Shown here in pieces: positions 23,003-35,285 of a DNA stretch of 54,969 bases; the stretch's first letter is position 1; each line of letters starts with the position of its first letter. Under the pieces are notes generated by a model. That model saw only the letters and a list, made by a program, of their open reading frames with translations. It searched no databases and had not been told where the DNA came from. The DNA lies in NCBI RefSeq assembly GCF_001194135.2, contig NC_068981.1, positions 79,593,520 to 79,648,488 of the forward strand, written 5' to 3'. The position numbers and the translations under genes were made by a program. The DNA is from Octopus bimaculoides. Lineage: Eukaryota.

Positions 23003-24528
23003 CCAATTTCCTTTATATTCCTCTTGATGCCTTCTGATACTGTCCCCAAAGAGCCAATAATAATTGGCACTATTTTCACCTTCATTTTCCATAGCCGAGC
23101 TATTTCGTACTTAAGAAGATTGTATTTATCTAACTTTTCACCTTCCTTCTTGAGTATTCGTGGGTCAAAGGAGCATGCAATACCAACTATATAGCATATG
23201 TGGTGCACCTTATCCACCACCACTAAGTTTGGTCTGTTATGCTCTAACACCTGATCTGTTTGGATTGGGAAATCCCAGAGGATTTTGCTAGTCTCTGACT
23301 CCGCCACTATCTGTGGTTTGTGATCATACCATGTCTTGCTTCTTTCTAGCCCCCACTTTTCGGACAGTTTCCAATGTAGCACTTTCGTTACCTCATCGTG
23401 TACCACAACTTGTAGTGGTTTTGGGCAAGTCTAGGGCATTCGTTCGTGATATGGGCAATGGTTTCATCCACTCTATTGCAGATGCAACACAACAAAGACA
23501 CCTGCTCATTCCTAAGGTTGACCCTTCAGTTCGTGGCCAATGTTTGGTCTTGCGCTACCAGTATAGTGCTCTCGGTTTCTTTTTAGTGTTCCTTTCATCA
23601 TCCAATCCCATCTATTTTTCCAGCAACTTCTGCTGTGGTTATATGGAATTGATTGTGTAGTTCCTTCTTGAGTAATTCTTCTCCATGTCCTTTTTGTACT
23701 TCTTCCTTTGTTTTTCCTTTTTTTCTCTCGTTCCTAATTTTCACTAGCAAGGTTTCCTTACTTTGGGCTAGGTATCTCATTAATCTCTCGAGTTCGATAC
23801 GCACGCGGTCTTCCACACTTATCAGTCTTTTTCCTCTACTTCCTCTCTTCATCAGTGTCTGCACGTGGATAATGAGCTTCCTGCATCGTTAGGAGCTTTC
23901 TTGTCTTCCTGTCCATCTCCTTTAGCTCCTCTTCTGTCCACTTCTGAATTCCAGCGCCATACCGAACTGCTGTAACTGCGCGTGAGTTTATTGCTGAAAT
24001 TAGGTTTCTGGCACTCAGCTCTGAAGCCAATATTTCTCTCACTTTGCACAGTTACTTTCTTTTTGTCTTTTCCTTCGTGTCGTTGTGTTTGATTCCATCT
24101 GCCTAAAGTATTCCCAAGTATTTATAGCTGGATTGAGGTTGAATTGCCTTCACCATTTCACCACTTGGCAACCACCATATGCCTTCTATCCTGACAAGCT
24201 TTCCTTGTCTCATCACCATTGTAGCGCATTTTGAGAGTCCAAACTCCATCTTAATATCATTGGAGAAAATCCGCACAGACTGGACTAGGCTCTCCAGTTT
24301 TTGTGAATAGCTTCGGGTCGTCCATGAATAGCAAGTGGTTCAGTTTTCCCTTACATCTTCCCAGATCATACCCCAACTTTGTTTTCCAGTAGTATTTCAC
24401 TCAAGGGGATCATTCTTAGCACGAAGATCAGTGGGGACACATTGTTCCCCTGGAAGATTCCTCCCTTGAATTTCACCTCTCCTAATACTTGCTTTCCTGC
24501 TGTCAATTCCGTTCTCCAGTACTTCATG
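23003..24528 (-). mobile_element. R4/Dong-like non-LTR retrotransposon, RT C-half plus restriction-like endonuclease, decayed
   Basis: GIFQGNNVSPL, NHLLFMDDPKLF, RHDEV..LHWKL, KILWDFPIQTD..HNRPNLVVVDK..EKLDKY..IVPIIIGSLG; 3' end runs into the gap. Confidence 0.9.
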
Positions 24529-24537
24529 CTATTATTA

Positions 24538-24902
24538 TTACCTCTGCCTTAGCGAAGGCGGTGGTATTGTTTTCAGTCGTGTATGTTTGTTTGTTTGTGG
24601 ACAAGATATCTCAAGAACCACTGGATGGATTCGGATGAAACCTTCAGGGATGTTTGGCCTAGTGCCTGGCACGGACTGATTAGATTTTGGGATTGATTCG
24701 GTACCGAACAAGGATTCTAGATTATTTTTCCTGTTTTCTTTACTTAATTTTTGAGAGCAGTCGGGTTCATTTTTAGTATTCTCGTTTGTGAGAGCAGTCG
24801 AATTTATTTCAGATATTCTCATTTTAAAAATCATCTTTGGCTAATTGTTGAGAGGACGTTGGTGTTGCCTTGGAGGAGGTTTGCGCTCTCTCAGTACTCT
24901 TG
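24538..24902 (+). mobile_element. HINE/DINE-like element inserted in (TTA)n
   Basis: 5' ttacctctgccttagcgaaggcggtggta hairpin, (GTTT)n, 3' ggaggaggtttgcgctctctcagtact. Confidence 0.78.
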
Positions 24903-25128
24903 CTATTATTATTATCATTGTTCAGTAGTTTTATTTATATAACGTGCTTTCACTTCACTACCGAGTGCAGCTCTGTGTGCCATGGGTATGTGCTGTGGTT
25001 TGCTGTGATGCTCTTATGGTTACTGTATTGAACGTGTTTTGCGTAGGATGTGTGCAGTGCCCAGTAGTGCAATTTTCTGTATGTTATATATATCTGTAAG
25101 TCCTGGTGTTTTTGTTATCTATTTGTCT
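24903..25128 (-). mobile_element. Short R4/Dong-like 3' end with (TAA)n tail
   Basis: Minus-strand IQKIALLGTAHILRK, then a 3' UTR and aataataat. Confidence 0.75.
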
Positions 25129-25129
25129 T

Positions 25130-25141
25130 ATTATTGTTATG

Positions 25142-25172
<31 letters not shown>

Positions 25173-25958
25173 GAAAGCTCACAGCTTATTTTGCTGGCTA
25201 TGATGAAAAGTGTCAGCTGTCCGTAGCCAGCAGACAAAGGTGACACTTGTTTACTGGTCATGCTTCAAGAATCCTGCTAAGAATACTATCCGTTCAAGCA
25301 ATGCTGATTTTTGTAGGTGTTTCTACCGTCACATTTGCACCAATTTTTTTTTACCCATGCTGGTAGTTGAGTGCTGATACTTCCAAGTGCATCAATTACT
25401 ATTAGTATCACGTCTACACTCTTCATTGACCACACCCTTCGTATTTCCCATTTTAAATCGTCATAGTTGTTTATTTTTTCTTCTTCTTTCACATTGATCT
25501 TGTTGTCACCGGGGCATGCTATGTCGATTATCATACATGTTCTTTCTTTTTTATTCACCACAACAATGTCCAGTTTCCGATGTCTGGTCGGGTGATCGCA
25601 CTGGATCATTGCACCCCACAGTATTTTGCACTTCTCATTTTCGGTGACTCCTTCTGGAGCTTGCTCTTTGTAGAACGTACATTCCACAGAGTTCCCAATG
25701 GATCATACTTGCCACATTGTCATGGCGTCTTTTGTATTTGCGTTGTGCCAATTTCGGGCATTCGCTAACGATGTACCATACTATTTCACCCCTCTCACTG
25801 CACATTCTTCATTTATCGCTATCGGTAGTGTTGTCTATTCTGCATTTCATATAGTTGGTCCTTAGAGCTTGTTGCTGAGCTGCGCATATGAGTGCTTCTG
25901 TCTCTATTTTCAGGTCTCTCCTCCTCATCTATATCCACCGGTCCTCTGTATCTGTATT
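25130..25958 (-). mobile_element. R4/Dong-like 3' fragment (zinc knuckle plus endonuclease) with (TAA)n tail
   Basis: ETEALICAAQQQALRTN, IVSECPKLAQRKYKRRHDNVA..IHWELC, KILW..RKLDIVVVNKK..IIDIACP. Confidence 0.9.
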
Positions 25959-25959
25959 G

Positions 25960-26160
25960 AGGACGGCGATCTGGCAGAATCGTTACCACGCCAGGCAAAA
26001 TGCTTAGCAGTATTTCGTCCGTCATTACGTTCTGAGTTCAAATTCCACCGAGGTCGACTTTGCCTTTTATTCTTTCGGGGTCATTGAGTTAAGTACCAAT
26101 GAGGCACTGGGATCCCCCAAAATTTCAGGCCTTGTGCCTTTAGTAGAAAGGATTATTATT
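25960..26160 (+). mobile_element. SINE-A with internal deletion
   Basis: Head, core and aaaggattattatt tail. Confidence 0.85.
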
Positions 26161-26614
26161 ATTATTACACTTTCATTTTAACAAAAAGGCCATATTATTA
26201 AAATATGAATGAATTGCTTAATAACATTCACCAAAACACCACTGCTCCTAAACAAAAGTCCCATAACTATTAGTCTTAATGCCAGTATGCTCTCAACCAG
26301 CTCGTGAGGCATAAGCACACATTAGAAAATAACAAGATGAATAAGCAAACCTCTGACTGACATCTATTATGCAGTCGATAAACAGAAAATAATGAAAGTT
26401 GTAGAAAGAAAGTGTAAATATAGAGTAAACGGCCACAGCCATCACTCGCAAGCGAATTTAGCTTGGTGACATATACTATGCGCTCAATAATCGGGTTAGT
26501 TAGTGTGCCTATTGCAATTGTGAGGAGACATATACACACTCCTGGCCCTACCTCCTTTGGCTCAGTATAACATCGAGAATGTCACAGCTGGATGGAGTAG
26601 GACCACACCAGCCC

Positions 26615-26643
26615 TCACGTGGTTCTCATTTCAGCTGATTCGA
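26615..26643 (-). CDS. Candidate terminal coding exon (V)ESAEMRTT*
   Basis: Strong minus-strand pyrimidine tract ctttttttctgtgtttttcttcttacgtccttccag|; all three frames stop within 10 codons. Confidence 0.2.
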
Positions 26644-27008
26644 CTGGAAGGACGTAAGAAGAAAAACACAGAAAAAAAAGCCTGCTGTGCTCAAGGACGC
26701 GGCGTACCACCGCCTCTAGAAGTCGAGCCTACAGCCTAATATTCGGGGGACTAACAAACAAACCACCAAACCAGGGACCTTCACTAACATTGCGTAGCAA
26801 AGGAAAAGATAGTAAGTTATTCTTCAGATGCTGTTCGTAAATAACCGATATTTAGAAAAATTGGTTCCAACCATCAGTAGTAGGTTCCACCCTCCCCCTC
26901 TTTCTCGCCTCTCTCTCTCTCTTCTCTCTCTTTTTGCCTCTGTCTTCTTCCTTCTTTTTCCCTTTCTGTTTCTCTGTCCCCTTCCTTCATTCTCTCTCTC
27001 TCTCTCAG

Positions 27009-27071
<63 letters not shown>

Positions 27072-27514
27072 TTCTCACTCCTCTTACATTGTTAATTCCT
27101 TTTGATAAAGTATAAACGTCAAGACGTCTCATTTCTTTTCCCTCTTTAAAAACATTAGGATTTTGCGTTCTGTCAAATATTTCGAAAAGCTGAATTTTTA
27201 ACAATGCAAGAAAGATATTGCATTACTGCAGTTTTTTCTTATTATGTATGATATTCAAAAGCATAACCGTATAGTAATTCTATACAGTTAAAGATACTGC
27301 AGATGTATCTTACAACAAAAGATATTACAAGAATATCTTTATGTAATATCTGGTTTTTATATACATGCAGATATTATTATTCTTATTTCCTGTTATTTTA
27401 TACACGTCTGATTACCATTATACATGTTCAGTCTTTGTCTCGCCCATAATTATTTGTTTGGAGTCGGGCTAAGTGTATGTTTATGAAAATACATGTGAAA
27501 CATATTTACATATT

Positions 27515-27518
27515 AGTG

Positions 27519-27549
<31 letters not shown>

Positions 27550-27640
27550 TGTATGTATGTATGTATGTATGTATGTATGTATGTATGTAGTTAGGTAGGT
27601 AGGTAGGTAGGTAGGTGTATGTATATGTATATGTATGTTT
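27515..27640. repeat. (TATG)n/(TAGG)n microsatellite
   Basis: Seen directly. Confidence 0.95.
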
Positions 27641-27644
27641 TGAC

Positions 27645-28275
27645 AATAAATTTGAAGAAAGCAGACGTATGGCATCAACCTACTTCGAGAAATGCATTAA
27701 CTATTCCTCACACAATCGTTAAGGGAACACCACTAAAGGTTTTACAATCATTTGAATATCCTGGAAGCTATGTTAATTCTTGTGGAAATTCAGATATAGA
27801 GATACCTTCGCGCATACAACAGGCAGCATTTTTTGGTGGTTTAAAATCCATAGTATAGTCACAACGCCACATAATTGAAACAAAAATTATAGTCTATTCT
27901 GCTTTTGTCTGCTCATCTCTTCTGTATTCTTCAAAATCCTGGACAACTTATGTTCGCCATATCAAAACATTTGAGCGCTTCCATCAAAAGTGTCTAAGAT
28001 ACATCTTAAAAGTAAGCTGGGAATCAAACGCCCAGATACTGTTCTTAGCCAAGCAGGAATTCTTTCTGCTGAATCGCCTTTCATGAGAAACCAATTGCGA
28101 TGGACAGGACACATCATCCGTATGGATGCTAAACGTATACCCAAACACCTTCGTGTATGGTGAACTGGCGGAGGTGAGCCGCAAGAATAGCATACCACGA
28201 AAAAGATTCAGAGATAATATTAAATCTTACCTTGGACATATCAATGTTCCATTTAAACGAATTGAATACTTTGCA
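27645..28275 (+). mobile_element. RTE LINE 3' fragment
   Basis: LTINLKK, FEYPGS, LLYSSKSWTTY..FERFHQKCLRYIL, QLRWTGHIIRMD..RIPK, VYGEL, RKRFRD. Confidence 0.9.
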
Positions 28276-28340
28276 CACACATACACACACATGCACACAC
28301 ATACGCATACACACACGCACGCACGCACGCACACACACAC

Positions 28341-28382
<42 letters not shown>

Positions 28383-29418
28383 TTGTTGTATGATCCTGAA
28401 TGAAAACCTAGGGAGAGACAGGAAATTTGGGAAAGCTGCAAGAAAGAAGGCTAATCCATAAAAACATATTAAAAAGCAGATATCTGTAAGGTTTTTATCT
28501 TATTTCTGCCCATACTGATGGCAGTCGGGGTCGGATTTAGCCCTAGTGGTACCCCTGGACGAACTGGTTTAGGAATCTCTACAATTTTGCTAATCCAAAG
28601 CATTAGATAATAAACAGGACCTCATTAAGTCTATGGACCCCTGACAGTCCCAAAACTTAAAAGGACCTCGGTAGATTCAGAAGAACTCGGTTAAATTTAA
28701 AGGCTATTTAAATTTTAAAAGGTTCAATAAATCAAAAGAGGGACGAATAATATAATGACCAGAAAATCAAACTCAACTCCTGTCATAATCTATTTTTGAT
28801 TTGTTTTAATTAATTAAAATTCCGAAGATTATCTATCCCAGGCTTTTCTGACCATAATTATTAGTCAGTAAGATAACGATTAGTTCTTTTCATTGTGGGT
28901 GTAATATTAACGAAAATTTTTTGGTTCACTACATTTTTAGTGCCTACTATGCTATTTGTTATTTAGCAGCAGGCTCCAATCATCCTGATATGTTGTGATG
29001 TCCCTTTTGTGTTCATCCTCTAAAATTCTATATACCTCACGAGTCATCAAGCTCTGGTAGCAACAGTTAAACTATGCTTGGCTAAAGAAATATGATAAGG
29101 CCAAAACATGTTGTCCCCATCTTGCCAAAGGTGAGATTCATTCTCTACAGTATTCTAATGTTTAATTAGTTTTGATATCGAGATCTTTTTCACCTCATTT
29201 TAATCAGAATTAGCCATTTAACCATTGATTTTGTTTCACCTCATTATGGAAGTAAATTCAACTGATTAAAACTTATCTCACTACATTATGTTAGTCACCG
29301 TTTTACTAATTAAATTTAAATAAATTTATATATAATTGAATTACAATCATGGTTCAGCAAATTTGTTCTTGCAAATTTATACTATTTTCTTTTTCTCAGT
29401 TTTCTATTCATCATTCAG

Positions 29419-29470
29419 CCTTATCACCTATATTAACGTGCATCAAACAGATCTTGGGCTCGATCTTGAG
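29419..29470 (+). CDS. Candidate 52-nt internal exon
   Basis: ttttctattcatcattcag| ... gag|gtaagg; two open frames (LITYINVHQTDLGLDLE or LSPILTCIKQILGSIL). Confidence 0.2.
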
Positions 29471-29559
29471 GTAAGGGCTACACAACATTTACAAAACAAC
29501 ACTGAAAATCAATTCGAGCTCGTTTCCATATTTTTGACATGAACCAGCTGATAACAGTT

Positions 29560-29870
29560 TATGTCCGTTAATTTTATGCTTTACAAAAGAACTCAATGTT
29601 ATGACAGAAATCAGCATTATAATCGGTTATCTAGCGCTTGATGTCATCGGTCAATCATCTTTGTTACCCATAGACTCGTTTTCCTTCCACCCAGCCTTCG
29701 AGAATGCGTGCACAGAGGGCCCGGGTCTCTGATAACATGGCTAAAATATTGCAGTTTTCCCATGTGATCAATCATTAGTAAATTTTGTTCCGTTCCCATC
29801 TTCTCCACGATTTAATCCTTCGTTCAAGAGGCCGTTTAACTGATCTGCAGCTTCCGAACACATTTAGTCG
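29560..29870 (-). mobile_element. RTE LINE 3' fragment
   Basis: Minus-strand KLQYFSHVIR..ILEGWVEGKR..TDDIKR. Confidence 0.7.
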
Positions 29871-30189
29871 CTTTGTGTTTGCATAAAAGATCAGTAATAA
29901 GCAATTTTACAAATATCATGTATTGCTGTATGAATGCCTGTGTAACACGCTCGAGTGTTGTACAACTCTGTGTGTGTATATCTTTGTGGTATATGTGTGA
30001 GTGTATTTGTGGTGTATGTGTGTGTGTATGTGTGCGTGTGCGTGTCGCGTGTGTATGTGAGCGTCGTGTCTGTGTGAGTGTGTCGTGTATGTGTATGTGT
30101 GTATGGGTGCGTGTGTGTGTGTGCGTGTGTGTGTGTATGTGTGCGTGCGTGNNNNNNNNNNCGTGCGTGTGTGTGTGTGTAAAGACAAC

Positions 30190-30560
30190 TGCTGTGTGTA
30201 AAGATAACTTCTTGTCGCTTGAAAATGTCCCCGCTACAGATATGTCGCTAGCTATGTGGAAAACTATCGAAGCACAGATTTACTGTCACCACCTGCGATA
30301 GACAAGGTATGTTATATGAATAGATGATGACCGCTTACTAAAATACGAGCAATGTAGATCGTTGAGAAATGGGACAGGTTTCTAATATAATCTGAAGATT
30401 GTTTATTTCAGAGTATGGAGAAAAAAGCTTGAGACAAAGGCAAAGCTGACATTTCCTTCTTCCAATAAAATTCTGCATAACATAATCATAGCAGATATGT
30501 GGCCGAAAAATATGTCGTTGATGAAGTTTTTCAACGATAACTGTACATCCAGTTTAGATA
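30190..30560 (+). mobile_element. Highly decayed RTE 3' fragment
   Basis: One frame reads TIEAQIYCHHLR*TRYVI*IDDDRLLK, parallel to RTE QLRWTGHVIRMDD.RLPK. Confidence 0.5.
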
Positions 30561-30775
30561 CTTTCGTCTTTATTTAGCAAATAAAGACGAACAAGATATC
30601 TACGAACTAGCAAATAATTAGAAGTTTACCAACAAAAGGAAATACATCTATAATGAGTGAGGTGAACAATGCTTGGAAATAAAATACTGCGGGTGAAACC
30701 TGCTTAATGGTCTGTAAATCTCTAAAGGTATTTAAAAAACAGCGTATATATAGATATATATACATACATATATAT

Positions 30776-30809
<34 letters not shown>

Positions 30810-31007
30810 ACATCGACATCGACAAACAGACAGAGATATATTCTGTTGTTGAAATCAGCTGAGCTTTGGACGCCAATGAGGTTAGAAAAATATAAGAGAA
30901 AGAAAACGTCTCTGAACCATTAATATGGAGTTTGCAAATCCTGTACCGAAGATAAAGATACACTTTCAGCTTCATAACTACTGTTATTGAACCACCAGGA
31001 TACGTAC

Positions 31008-31097
31008 CAACCCGCATGGGACAAAGTATGGCTAAATTTGTGTTCCTGAGGAGAGAACGCAACTCCTTCATTCATATACTGCAAATGGTCACGATGT
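31008..31097 (-). CDS. Candidate 90-nt phase-2 exon HRDHLQYMNEGVAFSPQEHKFSHTLSHAG
   Basis: attcttattgttccag| ... ttg|gtacgt; length divisible by 3; single open frame. Confidence 0.25.
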
Positions 31098-32199
31098 CTG
31101 GAACAATAAGAATTTGCATGACCTTCCTAAGATTTAAGGATCATGAATAAAACAAAATGTTTTTCTTCATAACCTTTCTACTAAGCAGGCGGACGGTCAA
31201 AATTAATTCTAAATTAAAAAGAGAAAAAGGAAACATACATATACATAAGATAGTAGTAAATAAGGAAAAAGAAACTTCTTACAGTTTGATATTAATAACT
31301 ATTACTCTTTTGTATGTCCAAAATACTCCAGCAAGACCCATATTGACGCTTGAAAATTTCCCCGCAACAGACATAATTATCATTTTTATCAGCACGTAGT
31401 ACACTTATTTCTTTCAATGATAATTATTGAAATCAAGCATCTGATTATAATAATTCTGATATCCCTATGGGCTCATCCGTCTTAGCTTAATTTGAATTGA
31501 TTTAATTTCTGTTAGTTACTTAGCACAATTATGTAATCATAAATTTGGTGAATTTTTGTCTTAATTAAACAGCTGTTGAATACAATTAACTTTATGTGCA
31601 ATTTATGCTTTCCTGCTTTTATGCAAAGTACACAAATACGCGCGCACACACGCACACATAAACATACACATATACATATATATATACATATACATACATA
31701 TATGCACACAGAAGCGATAATTGAATGATTCAAGGATCTACCAAACAAATCCACCACCAGATACATACATTCATACATATAAACATACATACATACATAC
31801 ATACATGCAAACAGTCACATATGTGTGTGTATGCGTGTATGTGTATGTGTGTGTATGCGCGTGCGCGCGAGATGTCTTCATCTCACAACAATAGTCATAT
31901 AATTGCTTTCATGCGTACGTTTGCATGAATTTATGGATGTACTATCTGTTTATTTTCATATCAATGTGTGAATCTATAGTTATCTGTTCTTATATAGGCA
32001 CTTGTATAGCGATATATGAATGTTTGTAAAATTGCTTTTACTGATCTTTACGGACAAAATTTGAACAAATACTCCTACAAATCAGAGCAAGGTTGATACA
32101 AAGCCAAAGCAAAACTGATAATATGCCATCGTTCGCTTTCAGACATTTCACATTTTAAACCATATATATGTACAGGGAATATTTCATATTTCATTGAAG

Positions 32200-32271
32200 C
32201 TAGATGTACTGGTGAAATTAGCGACAGCACTGCAAATAGAATTATAGTCTGCAACTATCAGAAATCCGTAG
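32200..32271 (+). CDS. Candidate 72-nt phase-1 exon RCTGEISDSTANRIIVCNYQKSV
   Basis: tttcattgaag| ... tag|gtaaaa; single open frame. Confidence 0.18.
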
Positions 32272-33109
32272 GTAAAATATTGATATTAGTATAATAAACA
32301 TATCCAGATTGAATGAAACTGTGCTTTAGAAATTGTAATAACCGAGATAGATGCGTGAATTGTGTGCCGACAGCACGTATTCTTATTTGTCTTCTCTTGG
32401 AAGATAGCATAAGACACAATCGAGAAATTGATGTATTGATAACGTAAATAATTGAACAATGCGAAGCCATGTCAAAGCACTGAGAAAATCAACGAAAAAA
32501 TACAATAAAGCAATATAAAAGTGGTAAAATGGTGACAATTCTCAAATAGAAACTAGAACCTGGAAAGGAATCATTTCCAAGCAATGTAAAAATTATACAA
32601 ATTATGAAAACGGTAGGATGGCAGCATTGTTAGAAGAGACATTAAAAATATTGTAACTACGTGACTGATTCTGTAGAAATTCTACAATGAAAGAATCTTA
32701 CAGCAGGAAAAAGAAAATAAATAACGTAAGGAAGGAGGTTCTTTTATTCATTTTAAAACCATTCAAGTACGCTGGAATTAATAAATGATTGCATAAAAAA
32801 TATTTGTTCTTTTTCTAAAAAAAACATAATTGTTATATTGTGAGGAAGAGAGAAGTATGTGCATGGCGTTATAATTCACATTTTTTAAAAATTTTATTTA
32901 GTCTTTGTTATGTCATCTCTCAAAAATATATTTTACTGTTCACAGACCACATATATTGAAACTGATATTTTCTCTTAGACAAATATGAATGGAAAAAAAT
33001 ACGCGTTAGAAGCATGCGTTTAGTGATCTAAGTTCACGATGTGGTCTTAATTCCAGATTATAGCCATCTTCGCATACAAATGATAATGTTCTTGATGGAC
33101 TGTTATGTA

Positions 33110-33370
33110 AATTTTGATGTGCGAACGCACACTTGTTCTGTCAACTGAGCAACTTGTTCACTAGTGTGCATGTGGTTCAGTATTCCACAGCCAAATGCAG
33201 TCCATCCGTCGGACTTTTATACAGCTTTCGGTTGCTAATATTTACTCAAATGACTTAAACCGTCCCGAGGCTATAGTAAATACATTTATCCAACAAGCCA
33301 TGTAGTCTTATCGAACCCAAGACTTCGTGGATGCGATGTGAACTTCTCAACCATACAGCTATACTTGTGT
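33110..33370 (-). mobile_element. Degenerate SINE (C-type head, B-type tail)
   Basis: Reverse complement matches tail ...cacttgcacgttaatt... and head ...gggttcga... Confidence 0.55.
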
Positions 33371-33530
33371 CTACAGATAACGTTCTTTTGTAAGATATGA
33401 GCAACACACACTTCTATTTTCGTTTAACTGGAAATACTACGCCTGGTTTCAATGCAAGAAAGCAATAAAGCACTTCGCTGAAGTCATTTATTGCTTTCGA
33501 GAAATGAATGAGCATTAACACTTGCCATAC

Positions 33531-33573
33531 CTTGATAGATTTCATTATTCTTGTTGTTATAAGAAACCAGTCG
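33531..33573 (-). CDS. Candidate 43-nt internal exon
   Basis: gcattattttcttctaacag| ... aag|gtatgg; open as RLVSYNNKNNEIYQ or DWFLITTRIMKSIK. Confidence 0.25.
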
Positions 33574-33763
33574 CTGTTAGAAGAAAATAATGCAATGACA
33601 AGTCTTCGGGAGACTCGGTGTGGACGTTCTAGAGTTTGATGTCTCATTCACATCTATCATTTCTAATCTCAGCATATAACCAAATTTTGTCTTTTGTGGC
33701 TGATCATATCAATAAATACTAGTAATGCGCTTAGACCAAACAAAATTGTTTCCCCTATATATA

Positions 33764-33817
<54 letters not shown>

Positions 33818-33878
33818 CTCACACACAAACACACAAACACACACACAATATACATATATACATACGACATATATATAT

Positions 33879-33960
<82 letters not shown>

Positions 33961-34129
33961 TGTGTGTGTGTGTCGGTCAGTAGTACGAATATCCGAAAAA
34001 GAAGCACACACTACTAAAACATTAGACCAGTAATATATAATAGTACATTTAGAAGGTTGTTAGTTATGGCCGGTCAGAAAGTGACCATTGGTTTCGCGCT
34101 TATAAGCCGCTTAGTTGTACAGGCGACTC

Positions 34130-34285
34130 GTCTGATTCAAATGGCCTCCGGCTATACATACGTACACACCTTAAAATACTAGGTTTCACAGAAAAAGAGC
34201 AAAAGAAGTTGACGCGGATTCTCCAAATCCAATCTATTATTGGCACAGTGAAGATTTGTAAGACATTCCGAAAATTATCCATCTG
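34130..34285 (+). mobile_element. Probable CRE/R2-superfamily non-LTR C-terminal fragment
   Basis: LKILGFTEKEQKKLTRILQIQSIIGTVKICKTF resembles, from recall, the ends of endonuclease-type non-LTR ORFs; unverified. Confidence 0.45.
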
Positions 34286-35084
34286 AGATTCTTATGTGAA
34301 TAAGTGCACCCACTTGGGTGTATGCATCGACAGCTCAACCTACACACCAACTCAACCACATATTTACAAACACCGGGAACTCTCTTAACTCAAAAAGTCT
34401 TGTTGCTTTGTTAGCTACCGATTTGAGCTCTCTCAAGAAGAACTTAAATTAAACTCAAAGAAAAAACATACATCTATACATACATACATATGTGTGTGTG
34501 CATGTATATGCACACGAATTGCACGTGCATATATATATACACACACATTCTTTTTTTTTTTTTTTTTGATTTATATTCTTGAGTCCTAGGACTTATAGGC
34601 TCGCTTGCCCAGTTTCCATGGCGTATAAGTGACCGGGATAACAACATTTCCCCTGAACAGAACGCCAGCCTGTTGCGGGGCTCAAGGCAACGCTAGGTTA
34701 AACATTAATCAAAATAAGCACGTGCTTAGGGTATCAAGGGAAGGTAGGGGCGCCACAGAAATAGTAAATGGTTTACAGCACAACAGAAATCACTTTAAAC
34801 TTGCTAAAATAATATTCGGGATGCCTTACTTAAGATTAATTTTGAGGATATGATCAAAGACTTTGCAATTCAAAAAAGTAGGAGGAAACTTTTCAAATAT
34901 TAATAAAGTGGAAGTATACAAAACTAAACATTATTTTTCCCTCTTATTGTTTTGCTTTGTTTTGAAAAATAATTTATTTTATGATTTGTTATTGTTTATA
35001 TTTTGAATCACATAATCTTTTGTGGGGGCACCAAAATCTTTTAAGTGCTTAGGGCCTCGATGGATCTTAATCTGGCCTTGGCTC

Positions 35085-35285
35085 AAGGCCAGCAATTTAG
35101 AACAGAGGGGACAAGTAGTCGGTTACATCGTATCCGATACTTCACTGGCACTTTATTTCATCGACCACAAAGGGTTGAAAGATAAACTTGATCTGGGCGG
35201 GATTTGAACTCAGAACGTAAAGAACTGGAAGAAAAGCCTTAAGCGTTGTGTCCGACATGCTAAACGATTCTGCCAGCTGACCGTT
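35085..35285 (-). mobile_element. SINE-A (a further tail fragment at 35525-35583 runs into the gap)
   Basis: Reverse-complement match. Confidence 0.85.

Noticed and set aside
29693-29790. Plus-strand acceptor and open frame PSRMRAQRARVSDNMAK
   Set aside because: It is the antisense of a recognisable RTE 3' fragment
30240-30306. Exon-like YVASYVENYRSTDLLSPPAIDK with a strong donor aag|gtatgt
   Set aside because: Another frame matches the RTE C-terminus; exonisation cannot be excluded but is unsupported
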